The notes beneath the pieces were generated by a model. That model worked only from the letters and a program-made list of their open reading frames with translations, was not told where the DNA came from and did not search any database. The position numbers and the translations under genes are program-made. Positions 19,503-29,256 of a stretch of 64,000 bases of DNA are shown here, piece by piece; within the stretch, counting starts at the first letter, position 1, and every line of letters begins with the position of its first letter. Source of the stretch: Nitrosopumilus sp. (GTDB lineage Archaea > Thermoproteota > Nitrososphaeria > Nitrososphaerales > Nitrosopumilaceae); the NCBI GenBank assembly GCA_965206745.1, contig OZ242220.1:736001-800000 (forward strand), in the 5' to 3' direction.

Positions 19503-19832
19503 ATGCCTACTGTGTCTTATGATGATTTTGCAAAGTTGGACATTAGAGTTGCAAAAGTTATTGGAACTGAGCCAATAGAAGGTAAGTCTCGAATCATTAA
19601 AGGCAGAATTGATCTAGGTGATGATGATCAGCGTGATGTGATAATTGGCGGTGCCCAGTATTATCTGCCTGAAGATATTGTGGGAAAGACCGTGATTGTC
19701 ATTGCAAATCTTGAACCCAAGAAAATGGCCGGAGTTGAATCCAATGCGATGTTGTTAGCAGCTGATGTCGATGATAAACCGTTTTGGCTAACTGTTACAG
19801 AGGATGTTCCTTTGGGAAGCCCGATAAAATAA
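19503..19832 (+). CDS. tRNA-binding OB-fold protein (CsaA/Trbp111-like)
   Basis: DFAKLDIRV, ANLEPKKMAGVESNAMLL. Confidence 0.9.
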   Translation: MPTVSYDDFAKLDIRVAKVIGTEPIEGKSRIIKGRIDLGDDDQRDVIIGGAQYYLPEDIVGKTVIVIANLEPKKMAGVESNAMLLAADVDDKPFWLTVTEDVPLGSPIK

Positions 19833-19896
19833 TGTCATTTTTGGGTTATGTTTTGTTTGATTAAATTTAAGGAAAATATGTTTTTGATTTATGATG

Positions 19897-20457
19897 TTAA
19901 TCATAAATCATTAATTCTTTTTCTTCTAGCAGTGAGTGCAGATTATTCACAGAACGATACACATCTGATTCATGCTTAGCTCCTGTGCAGACAAGTTTTC
20001 CTGATGAGAATAGCAGAATCACTGTCTTTGGATCTACCATCCTGTGAATCAACCCTGGAAATTGCTCAGGTTCATACATGCTTCGAGGCAATGTTCTTGC
20101 AGCTTGTTCCAGATGAATTTTTCCACCCAAGTTGATGGATGCAACAATGTTTTGAATTGTCACTACTGCGTCTTTTTTAACCTTGATTCCTCCTTTTCGT
20201 AGATTCTGTACTACCTTCTTGACTGCTTTTTTGGCCATTTCTTCTGATTTTGAACCTGTACACACCATCTTGCCTGAAGTGAAAATCAATGTTGCCGTCT
20301 TTGGAATCTTTAATCTAAAGACCAGTCCCGGAAATTGATCCGGGTGATACTCTACATCCGGAAATGTTCTGGTAATTTCGTTCAAATCCATCTTTTGCAT
20401 TACGTCTGCAGAAGCTACGACATTTTCTACGCTCACGATAGGTTTTGTTTGTGGCAT
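19897..20457 (-). CDS. tbp: TATA-box binding protein
   Basis: Two repeats NVVAS..YHPDQFPGLV..IFTSGKMVCTG and NIVAS..YEPEQFPGLI..LFSSGKLVCTG. Confidence 0.97.
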   Translation of the reverse strand: MPQTKPIVSVENVVASADVMQKMDLNEITRTFPDVEYHPDQFPGLVFRLKIPKTATLIFTSGKMVCTGSKSEEMAKKAVKKVVQNLRKGGIKVKKDAVVTIQNIVASINLGGKIHLEQAARTLPRSMYEPEQFPGLIHRMVDPKTVILLFSSGKLVCTGAKHESDVYRSVNNLHSLLEEKELMIYD

Positions 20458-20831
20458 ATTTGGCTTTTTTTGTATTTGAACTATAATAAAAGTCCTAATA
20501 GTAAATCGCATATTGAATTGCTCTGCTAAATCCTGGCCATGCTCCATCTGCGATGTTTTCTCACATGCCCTTCATGTCGGGATGCATGTGATAAAGTTGG
20601 ACACCCTTCTCATAATCATATCACATGTGGCAAATACTGCAATAGGTGATGTGGAGGCATCTAAGAAAAAGCCACCTGGTAAGGACTAGTAATGAATAGG
20701 TGCACAGTCGGAACTTTGATAATTGCAAACCGGTGGAGACTCACAAAATGATTCGTATTGTAAATTAACAATTAGGCAGCTGACTCGATTTTTGTCAAAC
20801 TCTGTATCTGATCAATTCAAAATCCAAGCCT

Positions 20832-21755
20832 TTAATTTTTTCTCATTTTGCTAAATGCTGCTCCGAGAATCTCTTTCCTGCTAATCTCAAGTATTTTAAA
20901 AATCTCATCAAAGACACTCTCAGTCTTTATCCCCAAAATCCTGATGATTATCCCTGATTCATCTGCAAGTATGGATGTGCCTGCAGAAACCTGTTCTGAC
21001 TTTTCAATGCTCTCAATTATGCTGTTTTCTAGTCTCCCTATGTTCTCCTTTCCAGTCAAAATGTAGACTGTTCCCACTATGCTGTAATCTCCAAGTACGC
21101 CAAAATTTTTCAGATCCTGCTTTTTTGGCTCAATCTTTGCATTCTCCAAAAATCTAGTCTTCCCCTGGTCTTTGCAATGTGTCTTCAGATAGCAAATATC
21201 GTACTCAAAGGACTCATCCATTGCCACTCTTCCTGGAGTCAAAACTTCCGAATAAATCAGGGTGGAATTTTTGTCAATATCGAGATTAACCTTCTGGTAA
21301 TACCTAGAGTTCTTGTACGGGATTATCTGTTCTGGAATGTACTCTAAATAGCATCCCTTGTCAACCTTGATGTTGATGATCTGTGATGCAAAGTTTGCAT
21401 TCATGCTGTATATTCTGGTGGCTCCCTGTGTAGTCATGTGTGCGACTGCCTTGTTTTTCAATGTGACATCTGTTCTGTATCTGTCTCCTTGCAAGATTCC
21501 GCCTGATGATGAAATCGCATAAAGGTACGCCATCCCAGGCAACGACTCTTCGGGGTACAATGCCCTTTGAATTTGTAATGGAACTTGAGAGAACTGCTCA
21601 GAGATGATGGTCTTGCCTGAACCATTATCCTCAAGCTCCAAGCTTAGAATGCCTATCTTTCCGGATTCTCCGACCTTTAGCTGCTTTACGTCTGCCTCAT
21701 ACGCTTGAATCTCTCTTGGTATGTCATCAGGTGTGCAGTATTGTAAATTGTACAA
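20832..21755 (-). CDS. ureD: Urease accessory protein UreD
   Basis: SSGGILQGD, TTQGATRIY, LEYIP, PGRVAMDESF. Confidence 0.93.
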   Translation of the reverse strand: MYNLQYCTPDDIPREIQAYEADVKQLKVGESGKIGILSLELEDNGSGKTIISEQFSQVPLQIQRALYPEESLPGMAYLYAISSSGGILQGDRYRTDVTLKNKAVAHMTTQGATRIYSMNANFASQIINIKVDKGCYLEYIPEQIIPYKNSRYYQKVNLDIDKNSTLIYSEVLTPGRVAMDESFEYDICYLKTHCKDQGKTRFLENAKIEPKKQDLKNFGVLGDYSIVGTVYILTGKENIGRLENSIIESIEKSEQVSAGTSILADESGIIIRILGIKTESVFDEIFKILEISRKEILGAAFSKMRKN

Positions 21756-21758
21756 AAA

Positions 21759-22412
21759 TTACACCTTTCGTATGTCTGATTTTGGCATCCCGTCTAGCAA
21801 AAGATCATGTATGATGTGATCGGCGACCTCCATTATTCCTTTGTCTGTTTTGCAGTTGACAAACTCAAACGGCCTCCCCTTTCTAATCCTCTCTGCATCG
21901 CTTCTCATAACTTGAAGATCGGCTCCTACCGAATCGGCAAGATCAATCTTGTTGATTACTAGTAGATCACAGTTGACAATTCCGAGTCCACCCTTTCTTG
22001 GATACTTGTCACCTCCTGCGACGTCGATAATGTAGATAAAATAATCTGCAAGAACTGGACTAAATGTGGTTGTAATGTTGTCACCCCCGCTCTCAATAAT
22101 TATAATGTCCAACTCTGGGTGATCTGCCTCCATCTCCTCTATGACTGCAAGGTTCATGGATGGATCCTCCCTTATTGCAGTGTGCGGACATCCTCCTGTT
22201 GCAAGACCTATGACTAGGTTCTCGGCAAGCAGCCCTTTCTCTGTAGCCAGGTTGGCCCTCATCCTATCTGCGTCTTCTTTTGATATCACATCGTTTGAGA
22301 TTATGCTTATACTGTATCCCTTTGCTGCCAATATGGGCACGACTCTTTCAATGAGCATACTTTTTCCTGACCCTACCGGCCCTCCAATGCCTATTCTGGG
22401 AATATGTGCCAT
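21759..22412 (-). CDS. ureG: Urease accessory GTPase UreG
   Basis: GPVGSGKS, TGGCPHTAIRED, ESGGDN, NKID. Confidence 0.96.
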   Translation of the reverse strand: MAHIPRIGIGGPVGSGKSMLIERVVPILAAKGYSISIISNDVISKEDADRMRANLATEKGLLAENLVIGLATGGCPHTAIREDPSMNLAVIEEMEADHPELDIIIIESGGDNITTTFSPVLADYFIYIIDVAGGDKYPRKGGLGIVNCDLLVINKIDLADSVGADLQVMRSDAERIRKGRPFEFVNCKTDKGIMEVADHIIHDLLLDGMPKSDIRKV

Positions 22413-22429
22413 GATGAGAAATTCAATTT

Positions 22430-23131
22430 TTATGTAATAAACATTTTAGCGTCCATCTTCTCATGTGACATCTGGGCTATGTCTGTTTGAGGTGCAAACT
22501 GCCACACCTCTGCAATGGATTTGCCTGAGTATTTTTTTACTGTGTCGCTAATTGTCGGCTTTATGCTGTGAATTATTTTTTGTCCCTCAAAATGCTCAAT
22601 GAGTCCCAGTCGAAGTGCTGCACCTGCAATGCTTACAGTAAACCCATAAAGTAGCATCGACATGCATCTGTCTTTTTTAATCCCCAACGCATTGCAACAA
22701 ATGGCAAACGCCACAGGGAAAACCCCGTGCGCCATGTTTTTTGCTATGTCGTGCTTATAGCGGTTTAAGATTTTGTCATTTTTTGCAAACTCTGTCACAC
22801 ACTTTACCATCTGAATGCCTGATCTTACCTGTGCATCCCTGATCTCCTTTATTGGCTTTGCAGCAAATGCGACGCTGTCAGCTTTTAATATGTTCTCAAA
22901 TTCCCCCTTGCTTGCACTATCAAACACATGCGATACGGCAACGCAATCCGTTGGCCCTGTCTGCTGGATGATGTTGGTCTTTATCATGTCAAGCAACTGC
23001 TCAAATTTTACGACTTTGCCTTCTGCAAATAGAAACTCCAATCCGTTGGATGTGGCATACAGTCCCGTTGGAAAAAACGAGTCTGATAGCTGCATCACTC
23101 CTATCTCTTGTTCTATTTCATCAATGCCCAT
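22430..23131 (-). CDS. ureF: Urease accessory protein UreF
   Basis: QLSDSFFPTG.YA.S.GLE; C-terminal HE..DAKMFIT. Confidence 0.92.
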   Translation of the reverse strand: MGIDEIEQEIGVMQLSDSFFPTGLYATSNGLEFLFAEGKVVKFEQLLDMIKTNIIQQTGPTDCVAVSHVFDSASKGEFENILKADSVAFAAKPIKEIRDAQVRSGIQMVKCVTEFAKNDKILNRYKHDIAKNMAHGVFPVAFAICCNALGIKKDRCMSMLLYGFTVSIAGAALRLGLIEHFEGQKIIHSIKPTISDTVKKYSGKSIAEVWQFAPQTDIAQMSHEKMDAKMFIT

Positions 23132-23606
23132 GTATATTGGCACCACCGTGTGGAAAAAATATCTGTTCACTTACTGTAATCTCAATATGATCTAGAATTT
23201 CTGCAAACAACCCTGCAAAAACTGTCTCTTCTGTATCTGCCTGAATTGGAAACACAATCTCTTGATCTTTGATGGCTATTGGTCTGTGCCTGTTACCTAT
23301 GATGTGTCCTAACAGTACCGATACATCTGTCCTGTCTGCATTTTTTATTTTAACTGAGATCACTTTTTCTGGCAGCTGCTCTACTACAATCTTTGTCTTC
23401 TCATCCCCGACAACATCGCCGTGAGACAGCTTGGTCCCCTGTTCCAAACTCAGAGCCACATCTGTGCCGCAGTCAGTCTCTTTTCTCAAAATTCTCTTCT
23501 CCAACTCTACCCGCGAAACCAAGAGCTTCTCAAAACCGCCATTTTTTAGATCAGCGAACTTTTCATCTAGGAAGATATTACCCATGGGAACGCTGACTTT
23601 TAACAC
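23121..23606 (-). CDS. ureE: Urease accessory nickel chaperone UreE
   Basis: LSHGDV, GHIIGNRH, C-terminal HGGANIHGH; GTG start at 23606. Confidence 0.9.
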   Translation of the reverse strand: MLKVSVPMGNIFLDEKFADLKNGGFEKLLVSRVELEKRILRKETDCGTDVALSLEQGTKLSHGDVVGDEKTKIVVEQLPEKVISVKIKNADRTDVSVLLGHIIGNRHRPIAIKDQEIVFPIQADTEETVFAGLFAEILDHIEITVSEQIFFPHGGANIHGH

Positions 23607-23691
23607 AAATAACTGTCTTTTTTGATTAAGATATACTTTCTTGAGGCGCCAGTCTTTAATAATTAAATACAATAATGAATTACTCATTTCA
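23607..23691. promoter_or_regulatory. Divergent promoter region between ureE and ureA
   Basis: 85-bp AT-rich gap with near-palindromic TTTAATAATTAAA and TTAAGATATA boxes. Confidence 0.5.
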
Positions 23692-23994
23692 ATGATGCTT
23701 ACTCCTAAAGAATTGGAAAAACTAAACGTCTTTGTTGCAGCAGAACTTTCTCGCAAAAGAAAAAATCGAGGTCTAAAGCTCAATCATCCTGAGGCAGTCT
23801 CTATCCTAGCTGATCATATTTTGGAAGGTGCAAGAGATGGAAGGTCTGTTCCAGAGCTTATGAGTTCTGGAAAAAAAGTCCTCTCAAAAGATGATGTGTT
23901 GCCTGGCGTTACAGAACTAATTCACTCCATTCAAGTGGAAGCGACTTTTGAGGATGGAACAAAACTGGTCACGATCCATGATCCTATTGTGTGA
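23692..23994 (+). CDS. ureA: Urease subunit gamma
   Basis: [44 protein letters not shown]. Confidence 0.97.
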   Translation: MMLTPKELEKLNVFVAAELSRKRKNRGLKLNHPEAVSILADHILEGARDGRSVPELMSSGKKVLSKDDVLPGVTELIHSIQVEATFEDGTKLVTIHDPIV

Positions 23995-23997
23995 GAG

Positions 23998-24366
23998 ATG
24001 ATCCCCGGAGAATACTTTACAGACAATGATCCAGTTGCGGCCAATGTGGGCAAGTCTGCAACATCCATCAGTGTCCGAAATACAGGTGACAGGCCCATAC
24101 AGGTAGGCTCGCACACGCATTTTTTTGAAGTAAACAAGGCACTTGAATTTCCAAGGGAACAGTCCTATGGATGCCACCTAAACATTCCTGCCGGAACATC
24201 TGTAAGATTTGAACCCGGAGAAACAAAAAAAATTGAACTGACAGAATTTGGCGGGAAAAGAATCGTTTATGGATTTAGTGGTCTGGTAAATGGAAGTCTA
24301 GAAGAGCGACGACAGGAGGCATTTGAGAGTGCTGCCAAAAAAGGATTCAAAGGGATGATAAAATAA
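23998..24366 (+). CDS. ureB: Urease subunit beta
   Basis: [36 protein letters not shown]. Confidence 0.97.
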   Translation: MIPGEYFTDNDPVAANVGKSATSISVRNTGDRPIQVGSHTHFFEVNKALEFPREQSYGCHLNIPAGTSVRFEPGETKKIELTEFGGKRIVYGFSGLVNGSLEERRQEAFESAAKKGFKGMIK

Positions 24367-26078
24367 TGACTCTGAGTATTCCAAGAAAAAACTATGTTGA
24401 TTTGTTTGGTCCTACAGTTGGTGATCGTGTTCGTCTTGCCGACACTGATTTGATTGTAGAAATTGAAAAAGACTTGATCAAGTACGGTGATGAGGCAGTT
24501 TTTGGTGGGGGGAAAAGCATACGAGACGGAATGGCACAAGCAAGTGGGGTACTCCGAGCCCAGTCCCTTGATCTTGTGATTACCAACGCAATAGTTTTAG
24601 ATCCTCTGTTAGGAATCATAAAGGCAGACATTGGAATAAAGGATGGAAAAATTCTCGGTGTGGGAAACGCTGGAAATCCCAACATCATGGATGACATTGA
24701 TATGGTAATCTCATCAAATACTGAGATAATTGCAGGCGAACATACCATCTGCACCCCCGGAACTGTTGATTCGCACGTCCATTATATATCGCCACAGCAA
24801 GTAATTCACGCAATATGCAACGGTACGACTACGATGATTGGTGGCGGTACCGGCCCTGCCGACGGCACAAATGCCACAACATGTACTCCAGGCAAATGGA
24901 ATATTCACAGAATGATAGAATCAGTAGATGAGTTTCCACTCAACTTTGGATTTCTTGCAAAGGGCAATGATTCGGGTCAAATTTCACTGCTTGAACAGAT
25001 AGAGGCAGGGGCATGCGGACTAAAACTGCATGAGGATTGGGGCTCGACTCCTGCTGTCATAAACGCTGCCCTAGATGTTGCAGATAAAACCGACACTCAG
25101 GTGGCAATACACACTGACACTCTAAATGAATGTGGCTTTGTAGATGACACAATCGAGGCTATTGCCGGACGGACAATCCACACTTATCATACGGAGGGTG
25201 CCGGAGGCGGCCACGCCCCTGACATCATCAAAGTCGCAGGGGAGGAGAACATACTCCCATCATCTACGAATCCCACGCGTCCATTCACCGTAAACACACT
25301 GGCCGAACATCTAGACATGATGATGGTATGCCATCATCTAAACCCCTCAGTACCAGAGGATGTATCTTTTGCCGAATCCAGAATTCGCGGGGAGACCATT
25401 GCAGCAGAAGACGTCTTGCACGACATGGGTGTATTGAGCATGATGTCCTCAGACAGCCAAGCAATGGGAAGAGTAGGGGAGGTAACTACCAGGAATTGGC
25501 AGACAGCAGACAAGATGAAAAAAATGTCAGGCCATCTGCCACAAGACAGCAAGCGAAATGACAACTTCAGAATAAAGAGATACCTTGCCAAAATCACAAT
25601 AAACCCTGCAATCACCCACGGGATATCGGACTATGTTGGCTCTATCCAACCTGGGAGGTTAGCTGATATTGTAATTTGGTCCCCCAAGTTCTTTGGAGTC
25701 AAACCCAAGATGATAATCAAGGGAGGCTTTATCGCATATTCTGTGATGGGGGATCCAAATGCATCCATTCCTACAACAGAGCCTGTACTGTATCGTCCCA
25801 TGTTTGGAGCATTCGGGCAGACAAAACATTCCACTAGTGTAACATTCACATCAAAGCTGGCTCTAGACAACGGCCTTGAGGGAGAAATCAAATCCCGCAA
25901 GAGACTGGTACCTGTGAAAAACTGTCGCAACATTGGAAAAAAAGACATGCTATACAATGATCTGACTCCTGACATCACTGTGAATCCTGAAACATACGAA
26001 GTTAGGGTAGATGGAAAACTTGCAACCACCAGCCCGTCTGAGAAAGTATCCATGGCACGGCTATACAACTTGTTTTAA
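24366..26078 (+). CDS. ureC: Urease subunit alpha
   Basis: [51 protein letters not shown]. Confidence 0.98.
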   Translation: MTLSIPRKNYVDLFGPTVGDRVRLADTDLIVEIEKDLIKYGDEAVFGGGKSIRDGMAQASGVLRAQSLDLVITNAIVLDPLLGIIKADIGIKDGKILGVGNAGNPNIMDDIDMVISSNTEIIAGEHTICTPGTVDSHVHYISPQQVIHAICNGTTTMIGGGTGPADGTNATTCTPGKWNIHRMIESVDEFPLNFGFLAKGNDSGQISLLEQIEAGACGLKLHEDWGSTPAVINAALDVADKTDTQVAIHTDTLNECGFVDDTIEAIAGRTIHTYHTEGAGGGHAPDIIKVAGEENILPSSTNPTRPFTVNTLAEHLDMMMVCHHLNPSVPEDVSFAESRIRGETIAAEDVLHDMGVLSMMSSDSQAMGRVGEVTTRNWQTADKMKKMSGHLPQDSKRNDNFRIKRYLAKITINPAITHGISDYVGSIQPGRLADIVIWSPKFFGVKPKMIIKGGFIAYSVMGDPNASIPTTEPVLYRPMFGAFGQTKHSTSVTFTSKLALDNGLEGEIKSRKRLVPVKNCRNIGKKDMLYNDLTPDITVNPETYEVRVDGKLATTSPSEKVSMARLYNLF

Positions 26079-26436
26079 AGACACCAAAACAATTTTGCGC
26101 ACTAGACAAATCTGTCGGACATCTCATTAAATGATCACTGTTTGTATGTACGAAAAATACTCCCAAAATAGGCAAACAAAGCAATTACACAGGGACTTGG
26201 AGCGATCAGTAATGATGCCCCTGTCTCAATTAGGAAACGGCATTTCCTAGCTAGTACTGCCTATTGAGGACAAATCTACCGTGTAATCTTCATATTTTTT
26301 TTATTATTTGATGATATTATACAAATTCTCATAAAAATTACATATAAAATAGGTTTATTTTGAAAATATTCTTGCCTAAGTCTGTTTTACCTGAAATAAA
26401 ATATAATCTTAAATAATTCCCAACTTATACTTTCTT

Positions 26437-28404
26437 GTGCGTAAGGCAACCATTCCACTCATTTTGGCATTATTCATAGGATTGATATCTATCAGTGTCC
26501 CGCAAACTGTTTTTGCTGCCGGTGCCATCTCAGAGGGTTTTGCAGTAGGTGAGGCTTTACCTGAATGGATAGGCTACGCAATTGTCGTAGGGCTTGGCAT
26601 GGTTTTTGCCGTCATCATTACAATAGAGGTAAAAATTGAGGAAAAATACCTTGGCCTTACACAAACATCTGAGATGTTCAACACTGCCGGACGAACAATC
26701 AAGACTGGACTTACAGCAGCTGCCATTGTATCTGCATGGACGTGGGCTGCCACGCTACTCCAGTCATCAACAGTGGCGTATCAGTACGGCATTAGCGGTC
26801 CTTTTTGGTATGCTGCAGGTGCATCAATTCAGGTTTTACTATTTGGAATTTTAGCTATAGAACTAAAACGCAAGGCGCCAAATGCCCACACATTCCTTGA
26901 AATTATTCGAGCAAGATACGGCAATGGTTCCCACAAAGTCTTTCTCGTTTTTGCATTAATGACTAACATGATTGTAACTGCCATGCTCCTACTTGGAGGA
27001 TCTGCCGTTGTAAACGGCTTGACTGGCATGGACATATCACTTGCTGCATTTTTAATCCCCATTGGCGTTATGATTTACACCCTGGTTGGAGGACTAAAGG
27101 CAACTTTTGTTGCAGATTACATGCATACCATAATCATCTTTGTCGTGATTCTCACTTTTGTTGCAGCTGTGTATGTAAACACTGACATTACTGGTGGTAT
27201 TCAAGGAATGTATGATAAGATAGTAGAGGCAGCAGAGCTACGGCCTGTTGAAGGCAATGCCATGGGTGCATTCTTGACGATGGCCTCAGCTGGCGGACTG
27301 ATGTTTGGTATTATCAATATTGTAGGCAACTTTGGAACAGTATTTGTAGACCAGGCGTACTGGCAGCGGGCAATTGCCGCACAACCATCATCCACTGTAA
27401 AGGGATTCTTGCTTGGCGGTGCATGCTGGTTTGCAATTCCGTTCACCCTTGCCACCACGATGGGACTGACGGCGATAGCGCTTGATGTAGACTTGACACC
27501 AGCTCAAGTCCAAATGGGTCTAGTAGTTCCAGCAGCTGCCACTGCATTAATGGGCGAACTGGGTGCAATCCTGGTGCTGACAATGTTATTTATGGCAGTA
27601 ACCTCTGCCGGATCTGCAGAATTAATTGCGGTATCCTCTCTGATCACTTATGATATTTACCGGACATACAAGAATCCAAATGCCACAGGAAAACAACTGC
27701 TCAAAGTCTCTAGGATTACCATTGTGGGCTTTGGACTTGGCATGGGAGGACTGGCAGTGATACTGTTATCAATAGGGCTGAGCTTAGGCTTTGTATACCT
27801 GGCAATGGGAATCATTATCGGTTCTGCAGTCATTCCTATTGCGCTTACCATACTCTGGAAAAAGACAAACAGGGTGGCTGCCACCTTGGGGGCGGTACTG
27901 GGTCTGCTCATTGCACTGAGTACGTGGGTTATCACTGCATCCTCGTTGCCTGAATACGGCGGTGTAATTGATCTTGCCAGTCTTGGACATAACCAATCCA
28001 TGCTGTTTGGAAACATCGCCGGAATCCTATCTGGCGGAACTATTGCAATAATTGGCAGTCTTATTGCAAACAAGACATTTGACTGGGAGGAACTCAAAAG
28101 CAAGATCACCCTCGTTGAGGTTCAAGCAGATGACGCTCAAACCATGGAAGATGAGGAGACGCTCAAAAAGGCATTCAAATTCAGTCTCAAAGGCGGTGGC
28201 ATTATGACTCTGGTGCTAATTATTCTGTGGCCTATGCCTCTTATTGCATCCGGATACGTCTTTGACATTAATGCGTACAGTTTCTGGGTTGGAATATCAA
28301 TAGTATGGGTCAGTGTAGCGTCCTTCTTCATAATCTTCTTGCCCGTAATTGAAGCAAGAAAGGGAATTGCCAAAATATTTTCAGGTGGCACAAAGGCTAA
28401 ATGA
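26437..28404 (+). CDS. dur3: Urea active transporter, DUR3-type sodium:solute symporter
   Basis: FNTAGR, VSAWTWAATLLQSS, GPFWYAAGA, NFGTVFVDQAYWQRAIAA; adjacent to urease. Confidence 0.93.
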   Translation: MRKATIPLILALFIGLISISVPQTVFAAGAISEGFAVGEALPEWIGYAIVVGLGMVFAVIITIEVKIEEKYLGLTQTSEMFNTAGRTIKTGLTAAAIVSAWTWAATLLQSSTVAYQYGISGPFWYAAGASIQVLLFGILAIELKRKAPNAHTFLEIIRARYGNGSHKVFLVFALMTNMIVTAMLLLGGSAVVNGLTGMDISLAAFLIPIGVMIYTLVGGLKATFVADYMHTIIIFVVILTFVAAVYVNTDITGGIQGMYDKIVEAAELRPVEGNAMGAFLTMASAGGLMFGIINIVGNFGTVFVDQAYWQRAIAAQPSSTVKGFLLGGACWFAIPFTLATTMGLTAIALDVDLTPAQVQMGLVVPAAATALMGELGAILVLTMLFMAVTSAGSAELIAVSSLITYDIYRTYKNPNATGKQLLKVSRITIVGFGLGMGGLAVILLSIGLSLGFVYLAMGIIIGSAVIPIALTILWKKTNRVAATLGAVLGLLIALSTWVITASSLPEYGGVIDLASLGHNQSMLFGNIAGILSGGTIAIIGSLIANKTFDWEELKSKITLVEVQADDAQTMEDEETLKKAFKFSLKGGGIMTLVLIILWPMPLIASGYVFDINAYSFWVGISIVWVSVASFFIIFLPVIEARKGIAKIFSGGTKAK

Positions 28405-28919
28405 CTTTTTGTACCGGCTGTAATGTGACACTTGGATGGAAAAAATTCAACTTTCAAAAGCAATGGCGCGTTGCTGGATATTTTTGCAAATCCTGCATGA
28501 AGAAGATAGGCCAAGACTTTGATGATCATGGAAAGATTACCCTGCCTAAAAGAAAATGTGACTCTTGCAAGCAAGAATTCTTTTTCCTGACTACCACGTG
28601 GCAGGACAAGCAGCGCCATCGTTGCTGCCAAATTTGCAAAGACCTTGACTTTTCCAAGCAATCCTCTGATCAAGACGTATTGCCTCCCGTTCCTCCACGG
28701 GTACCTGCAATGATGGCCATCTTTGCTGCCTTTGGCATCTTGTTGATGATTGTAGGATTTGCATACGTGATGGTGGTAGCCCCCCAGCAGGAATCCAACA
28801 TATTGCATGTAATTATTGGCAGTTGCATGTCAGGTGCGGGTTTTATGTTGGCCAGAAAGATGGTGAAGGTAAGAAAATTGATTTTGGGAAAAAACTTCCA
28901 GAGTCCCAAATCTCTGTGA
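28401..28919 (+). CDS. Double zinc-ribbon membrane protein
   Basis: CTGC, CKSC, CDSC, CQIC then a Pro-rich linker and two TM helices; ATGA overlap with dur3. Confidence 0.8.
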   Translation: MTFCTGCNVTLGWKKFNFQKQWRVAGYFCKSCMKKIGQDFDDHGKITLPKRKCDSCKQEFFFLTTTWQDKQRHRCCQICKDLDFSKQSSDQDVLPPVPPRVPAMMAIFAAFGILLMIVGFAYVMVVAPQQESNILHVIIGSCMSGAGFMLARKMVKVRKLILGKNFQSPKSL

Positions 28920-28996
28920 TGAGAAATACTTGTGTTCTGTCAAATCAGCCCACTTTGGCAATAAATTTTAAATGCAATCTTGTTTCACCTTATGCT

Positions 28997-29083
28997 ATGC
29001 GAACAAGTGATCCAAAGTATCGAAAATACATGTTTATGCTGATTGGAATATGTGCCGCAGTACTGTTATTGGTAAATATTTAA
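28997..29083 (+). CDS. Possible 28-aa membrane peptide
   Basis: MRTSDPKYRKYMFMLIGICAAVLLLVNI; AT-rich TTTAAAT box upstream. Confidence 0.3.
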   Translation: MRTSDPKYRKYMFMLIGICAAVLLLVNI

Positions 29084-29256
29084 AATTTGTACTGTATCTT
29101 GAAACCCTGTTTTGAAACCATCCGAGTTCAACATGCTAGACAAGTCATTCAGATACTCTGATTTTTTTATATTGAGGGCCTCTCAGCTGACTCGTTCAGG
29201 GTAAATGATGCCTGTACATCTAGGAAAGTTCTGAAGGAACTGTGTTTGGAATGGAT

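Noticed and set aside
23607-23783. Overlapping long N-termini of ureE and ureA
   Set aside because: Family similarity starts at 23606 (ureE) and 23692 (ureA); the extensions are artefacts
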